Below, piece by piece: positions 27,141 to 41,500 of a DNA stretch of 64,000 nt (its first letter is position 1; every line of letters starts with the position of its first letter). The DNA is from Isurus oxyrinchus (taxonomy: Eukaryota): NCBI GenBank assembly GCA_026770705.1, contig JANJGN010000007.1, positions 97,340,001 through 97,404,000 on the forward strand, given 5' to 3'. The notes under the pieces are model-generated. The model worked only from the letters and a program-made list of their open reading frames with translations, did no database searches and was not told where the DNA came from. The translations under genes were made by a program, and so were the position numbers.

Positions 27141-27799
27141 GATTTCTAAGCCTAGGCACGGGTGTTAATCACTTGTACTTAATGTTACCTATTGCAAATT
27201 AGCGCCCAAGAATGTCTCCTTGTCTATGGTTCCTTCTAATTGTGAGCGCTGTGAAACCTTGGATCTTGCATAAGGTAACGGCAGCTGTCTCCATCCAGGG
27301 CCTCTTCCCTGTACAGTGTGTAACCTTCAGACCAAAGTAATGATCTGGCTACACACTCACGGGAAAAATTACTGATGCTTGCGCCTCAGTGGTGCTTGTC
27401 ATTGCTGCCAGGTCGTCGTGAGCAGGCACCACAGAGTTCTCTTTGTTTTCTAAACACATTTGAGGTGGGGCTGCCCCTTCCCATCAATGCCTTCAGCATC
27501 TGTGACCTGTCACGGCGTGCTCCTGAAGCAGCCAGCTGCTGAAGGTTGAGAAAGGATCAGCTGCATTTAACGTTTCATGGCTGTGTCTCGACGATGTCAT
27601 CCTGACTGCATAGGGCAAGCGAGTTGCCCTCAGCTCGACAGGAATCAGACATTCCCAGAGGTAATGTGAAGGTCTATGGAGTGTTTTCACTGCATGTTGT
27701 CATCATCCTCCTGGCATCTAGCGGCTATTCAAGCTTTCTTAGCATATCCATGACATGAGCCTGAGCACGGAGGATTTGTGTGCTCCTGTCAGCCAGACA

Positions 27800-29080
27800 G
27801 GGGTCAAATGTTTACAGCAGCTAGGCGAGGATGTCAGGAATGTTATCCCTGCACCTTGTCATTGTCCTCCACGAACCTTGCGGTTACAAGGGGCTCACGA
27901 GCACGACTGCAACGTCTAGCCATAGTGATGGCGTCATCGCTGGCACCCTCAGCTTTGAGGACCTCATCACTATCATCCCCTTCGACATCCTCATCATTAG
28001 AGGATACTTGCAGCTCTTCCATCTCCTCCTCAGCAGTTCCTCTCCCGGTTGCCATGCCAGGTTGTGGCGAATGCAGCAGGTGACAGAGATGTCCAAACCC
28101 TCTGTGTGTTGTATAGTTCTCCACTGGACCTGAGGAGGCACCAGAACCTCGTTTTCAAAATGCTTATAGTTTGCTCCACTAATGTCCCTGTCATCGCAAG
28201 AGCCACATTGCACCCATGGCCAGCTACAGCCTGATGTTGCTGCATGAGTGTAATCAACCACATTCTCTTTATGCGGTCCTTCTTGCCAAAGAGGCAAGCC
28301 CATAGCCTCCCTGAGCCCTGGAAGATGCCACGGACCTGAGACATGCTAAGGATGTAGAAATTGTGAACACTCCCAGGGAACCACGTGCAGAACTGCAGGA
28401 TGTATTTGTGGTGGTCGTATACTAGCTGAACATTTTGGTAGATGTAGTTGACTGATTGTTGCCATGGAAAACTAAGCGGAAAATGAATGCTGTTGATGGA
28501 ATCCTGCAAGGCACCTCCGAGCAATGGCTCCCGGTGGATCTCAGCTGCTTATGTAACAGGCCCTGCCACCCCAGCATGTTCTGCCACACCTTCATCCTGA
28601 GGGAGGTGAGCTTCCCTTTCCTGAGCCAGGCACCTCCAACGCTCTTCTCCTTCTCTGGCCTCTGTAAGCCAAAAAGCACACCACTAAATCACCAATTTGC
28701 ATGATAATGACGTTCTCCTTCTACAGGATCAAAGAGAGATTCACTTGTGTTAGCATATGTGTCCTAAAAACCTATCACCCTTAAGTCTGAACGACCCTTC
28801 ACGCATGAATGAAAGTCCTGGTCACCACTTGGATGGCCAGTGTGCAGTGCACTTCATTGCTGCTGATATCCCACCCACCTTCACTCCAATCTACTTGACC
28901 GATTGTCAGCAGTATTGCCACCGGACTGCATGCAGTGCTGTCAGCTCAGGTGCAGGCATTCTCCTAGCCTGCACTGCAAGGTGGCGCTGATAGGTTGAAC
29001 CATAATGGTCACTGGTCCACCCCTTAATGAAGGCACTGTAAGAGCCTGTGAGTGCTTCGGTCAATGACTGTGCCATGGTC
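27800..29080 (-). pseudogene. Harbinger (HARBI1-like) DDE transposase remnant
   Basis: ILQFCTWFPGSVHNFYIL and LVEQTISILKTRFWCL match Harbinger transposase motifs; acidic C-terminus; frameshifts. Confidence 0.85.
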
Positions 29081-30299
29081 ACCTTTCCCAAGGTACTGAA
29101 CAGCTTGCCCAGTTTGGCCAATTTTTCTATTGTCCCCAATGATACATTTGTTTTGTCATGTGCACCAGAGGGAAGAAACATTCTGGCGCATATGGTGGCA
29201 CTTTCATGCTTTTGTGTTTCTTGAGTGAGCAAAGAAGATTCAAAGGCTCAACTCCAAACATGTCAATGGAGCTGCAGTTGAACGGTCTCAGCACTCAGTT
29301 GCAGGAAAATGCTCATTTTTATTTTGAGAAGCACCACCGTACCCCTTCTCCCCATGCACGCCCTACTCCCACACCTCCTGCCCCGCTCTGCCCTCACTGG
29401 ATCCCTTGCCACAGCATGACAAAGTAAGCTAGCTAAGAGAAGGCGACTTGCCTGTGCACCCCGGAATTGCGCAACTTCTCATCCTTGATGACCTATGGGA
29501 GATGCTCATGATCGTAGCACATGGTTCTGTGTACTTAGTTCCGAGTTCCCCTCAAAGTGCAGGTCGCCAGGCGCATGCCTTTCAAAGACAGTCGTGACGC
29601 ACATTCTGAAGTCATGCCGACATACGGGATATATTTCAGGTGGGGGCAGGATTCCTGCTTGCAGGGCTTACAATTGTATGCAAATATATCAAAATGATGT
29701 TCCCGACGTCCAGAGGCGTGAAAACCATTGGCGGGTGGAGCAGACGATGGCAAAGACATTTCACAATCGCGTAAAACAGATGTTTGCCTTCTCACCACAC
29801 TAGAGCAGCGCACATTTATCAAAATTATATCTGCACTCAAAGGGGTGCATTAATAGGAGAGACTGTGCAAACAATGCTTCTATTTCCTCTAATTTGCATG
29901 GAGCAAGGGCTATTTGATCGACATTTCAGCAAATTAAGGGGAACAGAGCAACTCGTTATCAGTTTATTAAATCTAAGTTGAGATCAGTTTGTCAGTTTGA
30001 TATGGATTGTGGAAAAACTTTGGGTATTTCCAACATTAACTATCCTGTTGTTACAATAGCTTGCAATCAAAACCTTGGTGGTTAAAAACATTGCGGCACT
30101 TAAATGACCATGGTATCGAATATTTGTCATTATGAGGACAACTTTCAGGAAAGAAGCCGGAAGGCAGCGTGATGAAAGTGCTAGCATAGGGGGAGCAGAA
30201 AACTCTAGAAGAGTTCTGAGCACATGGAATTCCATTTTCTGGAAGATAGGAAGGCGTTCCTGCAACTGACACTATACCTACTGTAGGCAATATTGCCTC

Positions 30300-32860
30300 T
30301 ATGCTGTCTGGATGAAGCTGATCACAGAAATGCAGTCCTCATTAGGGCGGAAATATTTGGTTCAAAAACCTGAGGCATGTGAGAAGCAATAACAGAGCAA
30401 GGAAAGGCCCTGGCGGATTTCGATCAAAATAGGGCATTGAAAAATGTAATATTTGGATTTTCTGCCAGTGCCATGGCAATGAGAGCACATGAAGAGGAGG
30501 ATAAAGAGTGCCAATTTGTGACCAGATGAATCGTGCAGGGGGAGGGTCTTCGTAATCCTTTGGGAATTCTGATTAGCTGTGGAGCATGTGGAACTTTTCA
30601 AGTCGGCAGGTTGCACTTCAATTAACTTGGGACAAATAGCCAAACTCAAAGGTGAATGAGAGCTGTGGGGCAGGACATAAACTAAGGTGACCTGGTTGAG
30701 GAGTTATGGGGCTGTGTGCACTCAAAAACAGAGAACGTTGCAAGGTGCACAGAGGATTCAGAGAGACAAGCAGCACGAGAGCAAAAAATAAATTGTTCTC
30801 CAGAAATAGGAGGGATTAACTATGGGAACAATGTGAGGCAATTAGGGTGGGTTTCGAGAGCATTTGCATTAATACACTTAACATGTTAAATAACTTTAGT
30901 GAACTGCAGGTAGATGTCGCCAAATCGCAATAGTGAAAACAATAAATCATGGCTCAAAGAAGTAAACAGCATATGGGCAATTGGCAACTGAGTTTTAGTG
31001 GGTACAAGGTACCTAGGACAGGAAGGGAAGAAAAAGAGGCTACGACAGTATTTATCAAGAAAACTATTATTATGTCAAAGTCAGAATGCACTTTTTAAAA
31101 ATAAGGAACACAGGGCCTGCCATCCCACGCGATAATGCAAAACAACAGATCGTGGAAGGAGATAGAGGACAGAATACGCAGGACAATTTCAGGAAAAGCT
31201 GTGGGAGCCACAGCGTAATTATAATGCCAGCTATGCAATTCAATATTTTCACACTTTCTTCACAACACCGTAAAGGAGATAATGGAGGAATTTATGAAAC
31301 GAAAACAAAACGGTATTCATAACCAGCATGTTTTTAATCGAATGCGAAAGTAATCAGTGTTGGAAATAGTTTTGGAGGATGAAATGCAGAAAGTTGTTGT
31401 GGTGACAGACCATTTGGAGGGCGGTGAGCATATCTCCAGCTTTAGAGTAGATACTGAGTTTTATATCTAAGCACCGATGAGACAAATGAGGAGGGTTACC
31501 TTTCAAAAGTCGGGAACTGGTAAGGCCTAGGTGGATGAGAATAAAATATTTCTCGACAAAATAGCTAGATTACACAATGGAAAAAAAAATGCACACAAGC
31601 GTAACAGGAAGTGCATTCACATTTGAAGTCCCCTGGATGACTAATAATATGGAGGTTAAAAAGAGAACGAAAAAAAATGGATTATAGCAAGTTTAAGGCT
31701 TATAATGCAGGAGAGAACAAACCTGGACATAGAAAGCATGGACAGCATATAACAAGATCAATGAACAGCAGGGCAGAAATGAGTACATGAAGAGCCTAAC
31801 ATCAAGCACAGCCCTAAAGTGATTTGTGACAAACCCATTTGAAAATGCTTTTTAAAGGAGACGGGGCCAGTTGGTAACAAAAAAAATGCTTGATTGGATA
31901 GAGAGACGAATTGTCTCGGACCTTAAATAAAAAAAAATCCATCTGTATTCAAAGAGAAGAAGCTGCCATGAATGTACTTGCTAATGAGGAGAGAGTAGAA
32001 ATATTGAATTGATGAAAATTGTTTAAGAATGAGCGTATTGAAACGGTTGGTAATCGGTAAAAGCAAGCAATGAAATGACCTGGCCCAGATGGGATGAATC
32101 CTAGGTTCTGGAGAGCAGAAGGGGATGAAATTTTTGAAACTCTGAACAGTATCTTCTAATTGTCGGCGCACATTGAGTTAGCACTGTGCGCTGATGGGCT
32201 CCCAAACTTGCACCTCTGTACAATAATGTGGTGAAGGCTGAACACTTTAACTGCAGATCAATCAATATAATTTCGATGATGTGAAAACTTTTAGGGATGA
32301 TAAAGCTCGAAAAAAATAATTAGCATTTGGCAATGTATTGACTAACATAGATTTTCTGGGGATAAATCGTGCTTGAATACATTGTTGGAGTCCCTTAATA
32401 AAGTAAAGGAGATGAATAATGAAGACACTGTGCTTTGGCTATCAAAGAGTATTCTACAAATGCTCAAATAAACTAAACTCGATTTGAGTAAAAAGGGACA
32501 GTAACTGCATGGACACTAAATTGGCTCCGGGATAGAAATTAGAGAGGTGGCTGACCAGTTGGTCCATATACCGGAAAGAGGTAAACAGTTGGGCTTCGTA
32601 ACGATTCAGAGTTAGGACAACTCATTTATTTTATATATGTTAATTCATTGAATTAGTGAATAAGGGGCATAAATGCAAGTTTTCATATCAAACGAAACTC
32701 AGAGAGGAAGGTAAAATTAGAAAGATGGTAACTGAACTCAGGAGAATATAGAAACACTGTCAAATGAAATTAAACATAGAGAAGCGTGAAGTGATTAATT
32801 TTGCTATCAGGAATGATGAAAGGTATTATGAACTCATTGGTTCTTTAAAATAAGTTTATA
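30300..32860 (+). mobile_element. Very old CR1 remnant
   Basis: Colinear degenerate similarity to the ORF1-end/ORF2 of the other CR1 copies in the window. Confidence 0.55.
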
Positions 32861-33919
32861 GAGGGTGCAGAAGCTGTGCTGAACCTTACTGAGGAAGTCC
32901 CTAGTTTCCAGGCCATAGCATCTATCCCGCATTTATCTACATTCCAAGTGTTGATAAAAGGAAATAAATCACAGTTTCTTCCAGTTTGCGTCAGCCAATC
33001 AAATTTCACTCTCTGATTACATCTCACATACACTTGCGCAATCAGCTCGACTTTCCAAGACCCGGCATGACACACTATCATTATCAACTGTTCAAATAAT
33101 CAATAACCATGAACAACTGCTACTATTTCCGAAAACGCTAATATTGCAAATGTATGGAATTATTTGTGCTGTATTTTCTTTGCTTCCTTAAGGATGTGAT
33201 TCATGCTTGGCGCGGACGATGTTTTTGAATTGTGACTGGAAGAAACAGAATAAAAAATTCGATTAGATATTGCCACAAGATACTTCGCTCACCTTTTCTT
33301 TCGCCCCGAAAGCCATTTCTCTGCCACCATCAACGCTTTTCCTGTCTTTTCTCGAATACAGTTGAGTGTTAGACAGAGGAGAATGGCAAGGGAAGATATA
33401 CCCGATTTCAGAGTCACTGTTCTGTGCTCCTTTTTTTAACTAATGTGTAGGTTGTAGGCAGGGAAGGGGACGGTGGTTCAAAGGGGCCTGCTGCATTCCG
33501 CCGGGACACAGGGCGCCGTGACTTTAAAGGATCATGAACAGCGATTCATTGCAGTTACGGCAGGAACCTCCAGAGACTGGGGCTCGGGGCGTCCGCGTGA
33601 GTGGAGGCCCACAATGTCGTTGCCGGATGGACCGGGCGAACAGGTGGAATACGCTATGGGCCACAATCCACGGCAGACAGGTGTTTTTTTTTCGAGAAAT
33701 CTGAATGTCTAGAGTTCCGCAGAGGAGTGAACACGAATTCAATATTTCATTTCTAAGTAAAAACAACAAACGAATCTGTGATCTGGGCGCAAAGTTTGAC
33801 AAAGAGAAACATTGATCGGGAGTGGGCACAGTAACGCCACTCGGGGATGAGTTAAAAACGCATCAGGGGAAAATAATTCAATTGTGTGTTATCAGTTGGC
33901 AACTATGCACACGTAATGC

Positions 33920-34290
33920 AGAACACACACCTAATAAACATCTACACACTCACACACACACGCTGAATAAATTATCTGAAGAGTAAAGGAGACAAACGTA
34001 TAACAGAACTCATACGTATGTAACACAAATCTAACACAAACACACGCATGCGCACACACACGGTCACACACAAACAAATAACGCGTCGCATGCATAAAGT
34101 ATACACACACGGATACTCATGACAAATGCAAAACTTACACACCTACAAAATGTACATATCGTGACGTATAATTTCATAAAACTTACAAAATTGCATAACA
34201 CACATAGCCGTTTGTGCAGGAAGCGCTTGGAAATTCACCAGCAACATCGAAAATGCAAAAGAAAATACTTGGATGTGCACATGCACACAG
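33920..34290. repeat. Degenerate CA-rich simple repeat
   Basis: Multiple interrupted (CA)n runs. Confidence 0.6.
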
Positions 34291-35513
34291 AAACGGACCC
34301 ACATATAATGGAGAAGCACCAGTCAGTAGCAGCACTAACAACCAGTCACCAATAACGGAGGTGCCCAAGCACAAGTAACGGAATTCAATCAACAGCAAAA
34401 AGGCCCAGTCACCATTATCGTTTGCCAGTCCTAAGCAGCATTATCTAGCAGAATCACCAGCAGCGGTATCTAACTTCCCCTGTTTCATAACTAGCAGCAT
34501 CCTGTCTCCAGCACAAACACACGGTCACCAGAAACATTTAACAGTCGGTGGGATACCATGATACAGATCACCATCAATGCACACCAGCAGAAGTGCCTTG
34601 TCAGCAGCAGCAACACAATCAACAGAATAAGTACCTCCTCGTAAGGCGAAAACCCAGATCATCAGCAACTTTCCGTTGACCAGCAGTTCGCCCAACAGGC
34701 ACACACAGGATCATCCAAAGATTAAGAACTTTATCGAGTCACCATCACTCAGTCAACGGCAGAAAAAATAGACCATCAACATGAAATCCCACTCAACAGT
34801 AGCATTATCTGTCACCGGTAACATTTAGCAGTCAACATAATGCTGTGATTAAAAACGTTAACCTGTCCTATGTTAGACATAAAGTAAAATCCCTTCCCGA
34901 AATGGATTATTGAGTGGTTACTGATCGTTGAGAACCGTTTCATTCAATTTGGAATTCTATCATTTCCATCAATCCGCTTGTATCTGGAGTGCCGATCTAC
35001 AATTTCAAAATAGCATGTCAGCTGAATGTCTGTCTATATGTCAGTTTCTGTGTAGTGGCCTTAATGCCAAAGGACCTTTTGCTCATGCAAACAACTAAGC
35101 TGTTGGTCCGCCTTGCGGCTGAGTTTCCATTGCATCGGCCCACCACTCTAAGACCGAGCGATACAGGGAAATGGGTCAATCGAGGCATACCGCTGTCAGC
35201 ACATCTGCAATAACGTGTCAGTAAAAACTGGCAAACTTTGCAATTATTGAGTAATTGCATTAATCCGGAAAATTTCACGTGATGCAGAAATGTTCCATGT
35301 TCTATTACACAACAGTGAGATGTGGGTGGCTTTAAATTCCACATTGCGTTCTCCGCTCTGACGTAAAAATGAAACCAGTACATTGTAGTTGTAGTTTCAG
35401 TTATGTCATACTGCAGTATATTGCAACACGCCCATTGCCAGATAATCTCCAAACAGTTCTATCCCCGCCAGTTCACAGTGCGAGTGATCAAGGTTTATCG
35501 GAATTTGCTCCGA

Positions 35514-35580
35514 ATGTCAGCATTGGATTTGCCGTCGTACCTTTCGGTCCTAGGCATTATTTATATAGGTTTATGCACAG
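35514..35580 (+). CDS. Exon 1, signal peptide MSALDLPSYLSVLGIIYIGLCT
   Basis: ATG followed by a hydrophobic stretch and a phase-1 donor cag|gtgacc, 176 bp upstream of the V exon acceptor. The donor is somewhat weak. Confidence 0.65.
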
Positions 35581-38500
35581 GTGACCTTTCTAATAAATAG
35601 ATAAGTGAACAACAACTGTGTAGAGGCCTCTTATGTTGAATGTTTATTATAAGATTTTCCATTTGATTTTGTTTTATTTCGTACTTATTATATCCGTATC
35701 TATAATAATGATCATCATTATCTCCGTCTGTAAACCATGCTCTTTTTTTATAACAGTGACTGACGGGTCCTCTCTATCAGTTCGCCAGCTCCCCATCCGT
35801 GTGACGGTGGTCAAATGTGTAAATGTGTCAATTTATTGCTCCATCCCACTTTTCGATCGCAACACATGGGTGGATGTTTATTGGCGGAGAGACAGCCAGA
35901 AGGGGATTTTGGATTTGATTGCAGACACAACGAAAATAATGACACCTTTCAGACAGGGATCTGCCGAACTCCGCCTGCTAAATGTGAATTTCCAGGACTC
36001 CGGAGTCTATTATTGCAGCGCCAGAGTGAGCGGGAGGATTTCCAATGGGAATGGAACGGAGTTAATTGTATACGGTGAGTGTCACTGAGCTGCTTTAACG
36101 GGTGTAAACTTATACAGCTGTATTTCAGAGCACATTTAATGAAAAGTCACTTTTCCCTCAGTTCAGTTAATCCTGTCTGTGAACGTACAGCTGTCGCGTA
36201 GAGCCAACATTGGAACTAAGAATATCTGACTTCGGACAATCATTGTTCTCAAATCCAGTCTCACTTATTCAAATAACTCAAATATGTTTAAATGTTTTCA
36301 AAGAATGCGGGCGTCTTTGGCACACCCAAGATTCATTGCATATTCGTACTTCTTCTTGATAATGTGGTTTGGTGTCGTTATCTCGAATCGCTGCATTTGG
36401 TATGGACAATGGTTTAACACCGTGCTCTGAGCTATGGTGAAATTGCCGCATTTTGTTATCCCGCAATGATGAAGGAACGGTGATATATGTTCTAGTCAGC
36501 ATTCCGTGCGTACTGGAGGGAATTTGGAAGTGTTGGTGTTCCCATGTGGTGTTCTGCCTTCACTTTCTATGTGATAATCTCACGGACTCGGGAGGTGGTG
36601 TCGAAGAATCTTTGGCGCGTATTGTAGTGCACCGCAAACACGATGCCCCTACAGTGAAATGAGTGAGCGTTTCAAGTGTTGGATAAAGTGCCTTCAATGG
36701 ATTTGTTTTACGGGATCGTATGGAGTATTGTTGCATCAATATACATCCAGACCGTAGTGAGAATTTCATCACACTCATGAGTTGTAGGTGGTGGGGACGC
36801 TTTGAGGAGAGAATACTTGAGCCACTCATTGTAGTACATAAAGCCTCTGACCTCTTCCAGTAACGATCGCATTTTAATGGTCATTTGTTTTGCATAATTA
36901 TAATTGGAAAATGTTGGGTGTGCAAACGTTAATCTACGTTAAAACAACTATGGCAAAAAGAAATAGACGCGCATCAATCTCTCAATGAAATCCTGTTTGA
37001 ATCATTGCATCCAATCCTCTTATCGCCGAAGAATTGAAATCCACTGTATTTACAAGTGCCCCAGAGTTTAATACCATTTCCAGATTACAAGGGAATGTAA
37101 TGTGTGAATTGATAGCAAGTGTATGTAAATGTTAAAAATAGAGGGAAGAGATACAGGGTAGTGTGGCATAAAATAAATCAAAGTTGTAAAAACAAAGCGC
37201 CGTTACAACGCCGGCATTAAACAGAAGCATGATTAAATGAATGGTCATAATTGCTGATACCAGGTTTTATATATATATATATATGCTGATAGGTTTGAAA
37301 GTAACAATGATGACATATTTGCTTGCATCACCTATTGCATTTGCACAACCAGGTTATTTTCACAATGTTAAGACATTACAGTTGCATTCACTGATTAGAT
37401 TTACATGGTCATGCATTGACCATTCTGCTTGCACGAATTGGAGATCAAACATGCAAATCATCTTCCGACTAGGCACCTTACAGCCTTCCGGACTGAATAT
37501 TGAATTCAACAACTTTAGGTCGTGAGCTCCCTCCCCCATCCCCACCCCATTTCTGATTCCCCCTTTCTTTTTTTTTTCCAATAAATTATATAGATTTTTC
37601 TTTTCCCACCTATTTCCATTATTTTTAAATATTTTAAAATCTTTTATGCTCTCCCCACCCCCATTAGAGCTATACCTTGAGTGCCCTACCATCCATTCTT
37701 AATTAGCACATTCGTTTAGATAATATCAACAACTTTAACTTTAACACCTATGTGTTCTATTGTACCATTGTCGTTGACATCTTTTGATGATCTGTTTCTA
37801 TCACTGCTTGTTTGTCCATACAACCACCTCTCTCTCTCTCTATCTCTCCGCCCCCCACACACACACCTTAAACCAGCTTATATTTCAACTTTTTCTTGGA
37901 CTCGAACTCAAGTTCTGTCGAAGGGTCATGAGGACTCGAAACGTCAACTCTTTTCTTCTCCGCCGATGCTTCCAGACCTGCTGAGTTTTTCCAGGTAATT
38001 CTGTTTTTGTTATGCACTTATGTTAATTTGTTGGATCAAATTACAGTAAGTTATATGATTGCAACTATGATTTCCATGATTAAATGCATAGTTGATGACT
38101 GAAAATGAGATTATTCAAGCACTGGAGGGGGAACATTTCAACAAAACACCATCAGTGATGATAAAATAATAAATCTCCCATGTCAAGTGGCCCGCCTGCG
38201 GGCTCAATCTGAGACTCTAGTAGGATAGCACCGGTAAAGGCGAAGTATCTCGATTCAGCTTCTGAAGGTCACGCAGGAGATTGATTCTGTTAATGTAATA
38301 ATTACTGAGATACTGTTTAACATGCAGTCGGGGGTAACGCTAGAAGTCGAATGGGATCACTGTCTGATAGCTGGAAAATTTCAGAGATTGAGTATGTTGT
38401 GAACTCAAAGGTAAAACATTCCTGATGAAGCAGGAAGTGGTTTTTAACGTTACCGTTTGTTTCAGCGAGCGCCGGCGAATGGAATGGGTTAGATCTGCGG

Positions 38501-41500
38501 ATAGGAGAATGGAGGCGAGTTTCTGAAAATAAAATACTGGATTATGAAAGAGGGTATTAACGATTAGAAGTGGACTAGTCGGTGTTACTCCAATAATTCG
38601 AGTTCAACTGTTACCTCGGCAGTCTGATTGAGTTTGGAGTGATCAAAAAAGAAATTCAAGGTTTTGCAAGCAGTGCGATGTCTCGGAGCCTTGCTACATG
38701 TGAAATTATTAATCAAACGAACATGGTAAGTTTAAGTAGAAAGCGAACAAACTGTCAGCGGGCCTGCAGGAGATGAAAACAGCACGCGCTGGAAACGCTT
38801 AGTACGCCTAACAGCAACTGTGCAAAGGGAAACAGAGTTAACGTTTCGAGTCGAATATGACTCTTCTTCGGAACGATAGAGTAGATTGGGTGTGCTGTGA
38901 GTTATGTGGTCAATTGCACAGGACCCTGAACCAAAACTCAAAGGTATGCACAAAATTCGACGGTTCAACAGAAATATAGTTTAACCCGCTTCATCAGTTA
39001 TTCAATAACACTGCTCAAGAAGCACCCCGATCCTGAATTGAGAAATTGCTGTGAACGTATTGTTGACATTCTATAGTTGTGTTGGCGATTGCTAAACCCG
39101 GTTTCCTTATGCCCTCCGACATGCGTCAAGCACCCAGTAACACTCCACCACGTTTATTCGGTGACAATGTAAGTGCTGACCTAGGTTTGTCTGGAAATTC
39201 AGCGCCAGTAACTTGAGGGAAGTGGAAGGAATTTGCTTTACCGAGACGGTGCTCTGCTGGTGATTTGCACCACGGTGTGTGTGCTTATCATTAAGGAAAA
39301 TAATGACGTTGATCTATAGATTAATTTCGCGAAATATTATGGTTCAGAGAGGCATCGCACTCTACATTTGGCTGTCTAAAGCCATTGACTCGGCCGCAGT
39401 TGTAGCAGTGCCTATGAATATGGGGTATAATGAGGCAAAACAGAAGTTACAGGGTGCATTTACTTATTGAAATTTGGTTTAAATACTGTAGATCAATCAT
39501 GATTAAAGGTAATCCAAAAAGAAGGGTTTTCAGGGCGTTATCATTGGTGACAAAGGTCCGTTAATTTAGATTTGCTGGATAAACTGGGGGGGGGTGGTGG
39601 TGTTAGAAGACAAGAAGACAATTTTTACTCAAAGATGAATGATACCATGGCATAATTAAGCCAAGGCATGCTGGAGGATATCACATTGGGTGGGGTGGTT
39701 GTGGGATCAGTGTTGAATGAGATAAACACTTCAGGAGAAATATTAACTAATGTTGAAAATGGCACTTTAGCGGAATGGGGTAGAGAGCTTACAGTCCAGC
39801 TGTCAAGGCGCCTTTCTGTCTTAAACATCTGAAAATTAACGGTAAAGTAAATATGGATGTACTTAGAGCACCGAGACAATTAGTTCAACGAATCATAGCG
39901 AATCAGTGATGCGTTACCACATAGAGATTCGTAATGTCTCAACAAAGCTTGAACCAGAACCTCGGGGAATTGGATTACCCCTATGGAATGCTGGACACGT
40001 ATTTGCATAAGTGCGCAATACTAGGATACCGGCTTTTTAATATTCTGTGGCCTAGTTATCTTGTTATTTATGATAACTGAATTGCAATGAAGGCTTGACT
40101 TTATTCACACTGAGCACTAACTGGGATCAAAGCTTAGATAAACTCTCGCAAATGCATCAATCACGTTAGCATTGCTTTCGCCAAGTTCGCCCTGGACTGA
40201 AATAGCAACGGATTGTGTTCGATGCTAACAATAATGATAATAATATAAGCTGTGAAGATGAATTACATCAAGTCATGTCACCGTCTAGGAAGTTTGAAAC
40301 CCATATGAATTGACGGCCAATAACTGTTGGTCTTGTCAATGACATCTAAACCCCATAAGTGAGGGAAAACAACAGCAAAAAGAAACAACACCACAGTGAA
40401 ACACCCGCATGGAATTTTAAGCCATCGGACGGACTGATTCTGCTAAACGGGGTCCGAAATTGGATTCAATCCGCTGAAGTGGGGTCTCACCTCAACCAAT
40501 GTTGGATGAGGACAAATGAAAGGAACATTGTGATGTACTTCTTCATGCAATAAAATCTCTATTGCAATGAAGATTTCCTACTACAGGAATACTCCAGTGC
40601 GAACTGATTTCCTTTTCCATTTACATTTGATAGCTTTGCAAACCTGTCCTGATGAGTTCAAGACGAAAGGTTTCATCGAAAAGCATATCTTTTTTCAGCA
40701 GTGCTCAATATATAATTTTGTTCATTTTCTAATGGAATGTGCAAGTAGCGATTTGATCGATTTCCTTTAAATCCTTTTTCAGTGCCACCAACACCGGTGA
40801 AGATTACTCGCGTTTCCTCTACCTTCCTCAAAATCCTCTGCACAACAGCTGGCTTCTTCCCGAAGGAAATTAACCTCACGTGGTACAAAAATGACATCGA
40901 AATTACAACTGGGATGAAAATCACGGAAATACAGAACAAGGGGGGATTATATCATGTTTCCAGCTTTCTCAATCTCCCGGAGGCCGGATCGGTTTATACC
41001 TGCCAAGTTTCACACATCTCCCTCGAGTCCCCAGCCAATGACAGTTATACGGTTCGTAGTCAGGGTAAGAGATTCAGATTAGCAATACCCTCGTGAAATG
41101 CAGCTGTGTTTAACGTCCCGCGGAAAACTTTATATCCCCACTAATGTGCACCAACGGATTTTAATAGTGTGATTATGAAGGACGTTGATGCGCTTCTTAC
41201 ACTGTATTTTCTTTTCGCGAGGTATTAAACAAAATATCACTATGTAAATTTCAGCTGCGTCTGATTAGAATAAAGACCGTGGTTTGAATAGCAAATTGGT
41301 TTCATCTTCATAGAAAGAGGGTAGTCATTGATCGTAGTGACCCTGTATGCAGGACGGCTACTAATTGGTCCCTTTGGCCAAAGCGATAAGACTCATTGCA
41401 TTTCACGATTACCACTGATGTTCTGGATGGAGCCGTTGGTAATATCTCTGATGGTGCACAAATATTTTCTGAGACACATCGAAAATGATTATGATTTGAT

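Larger units (their letters stand above)
17235..29800. mobile_element. PIF/Harbinger DNA transposon (decayed), split by Tx1 and CR1 insertions
   Basis: Convergent Myb/SANT-like gene on + and DDE transposase on -, which is the two-gene Harbinger layout. Ends approximate; TIRs not resolved. Confidence 0.7.

Noticed and set aside
29892-29899. Ig octamer ATTTGCAT (also near 40001, 45624, 46931)
   Set aside because: Not positioned at a promoter, and several chance hits are expected in 64 kb of AT-rich DNA.
35474-35510. RSS heptamer CACAGTG near the leader exon (another near 40392)
   Set aside because: No nonamer at 12 or 23 bp spacing, and the V exon already contains its J-like strand and donor, so there is no sign of V(D)J rearrangement.
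35633-35756. Hydrophobic N-terminal part of ORF 35633..36088 as signal or TM
   Set aside because: T-rich intron 1 sequence read through in frame; a proper acceptor ends at 35756.
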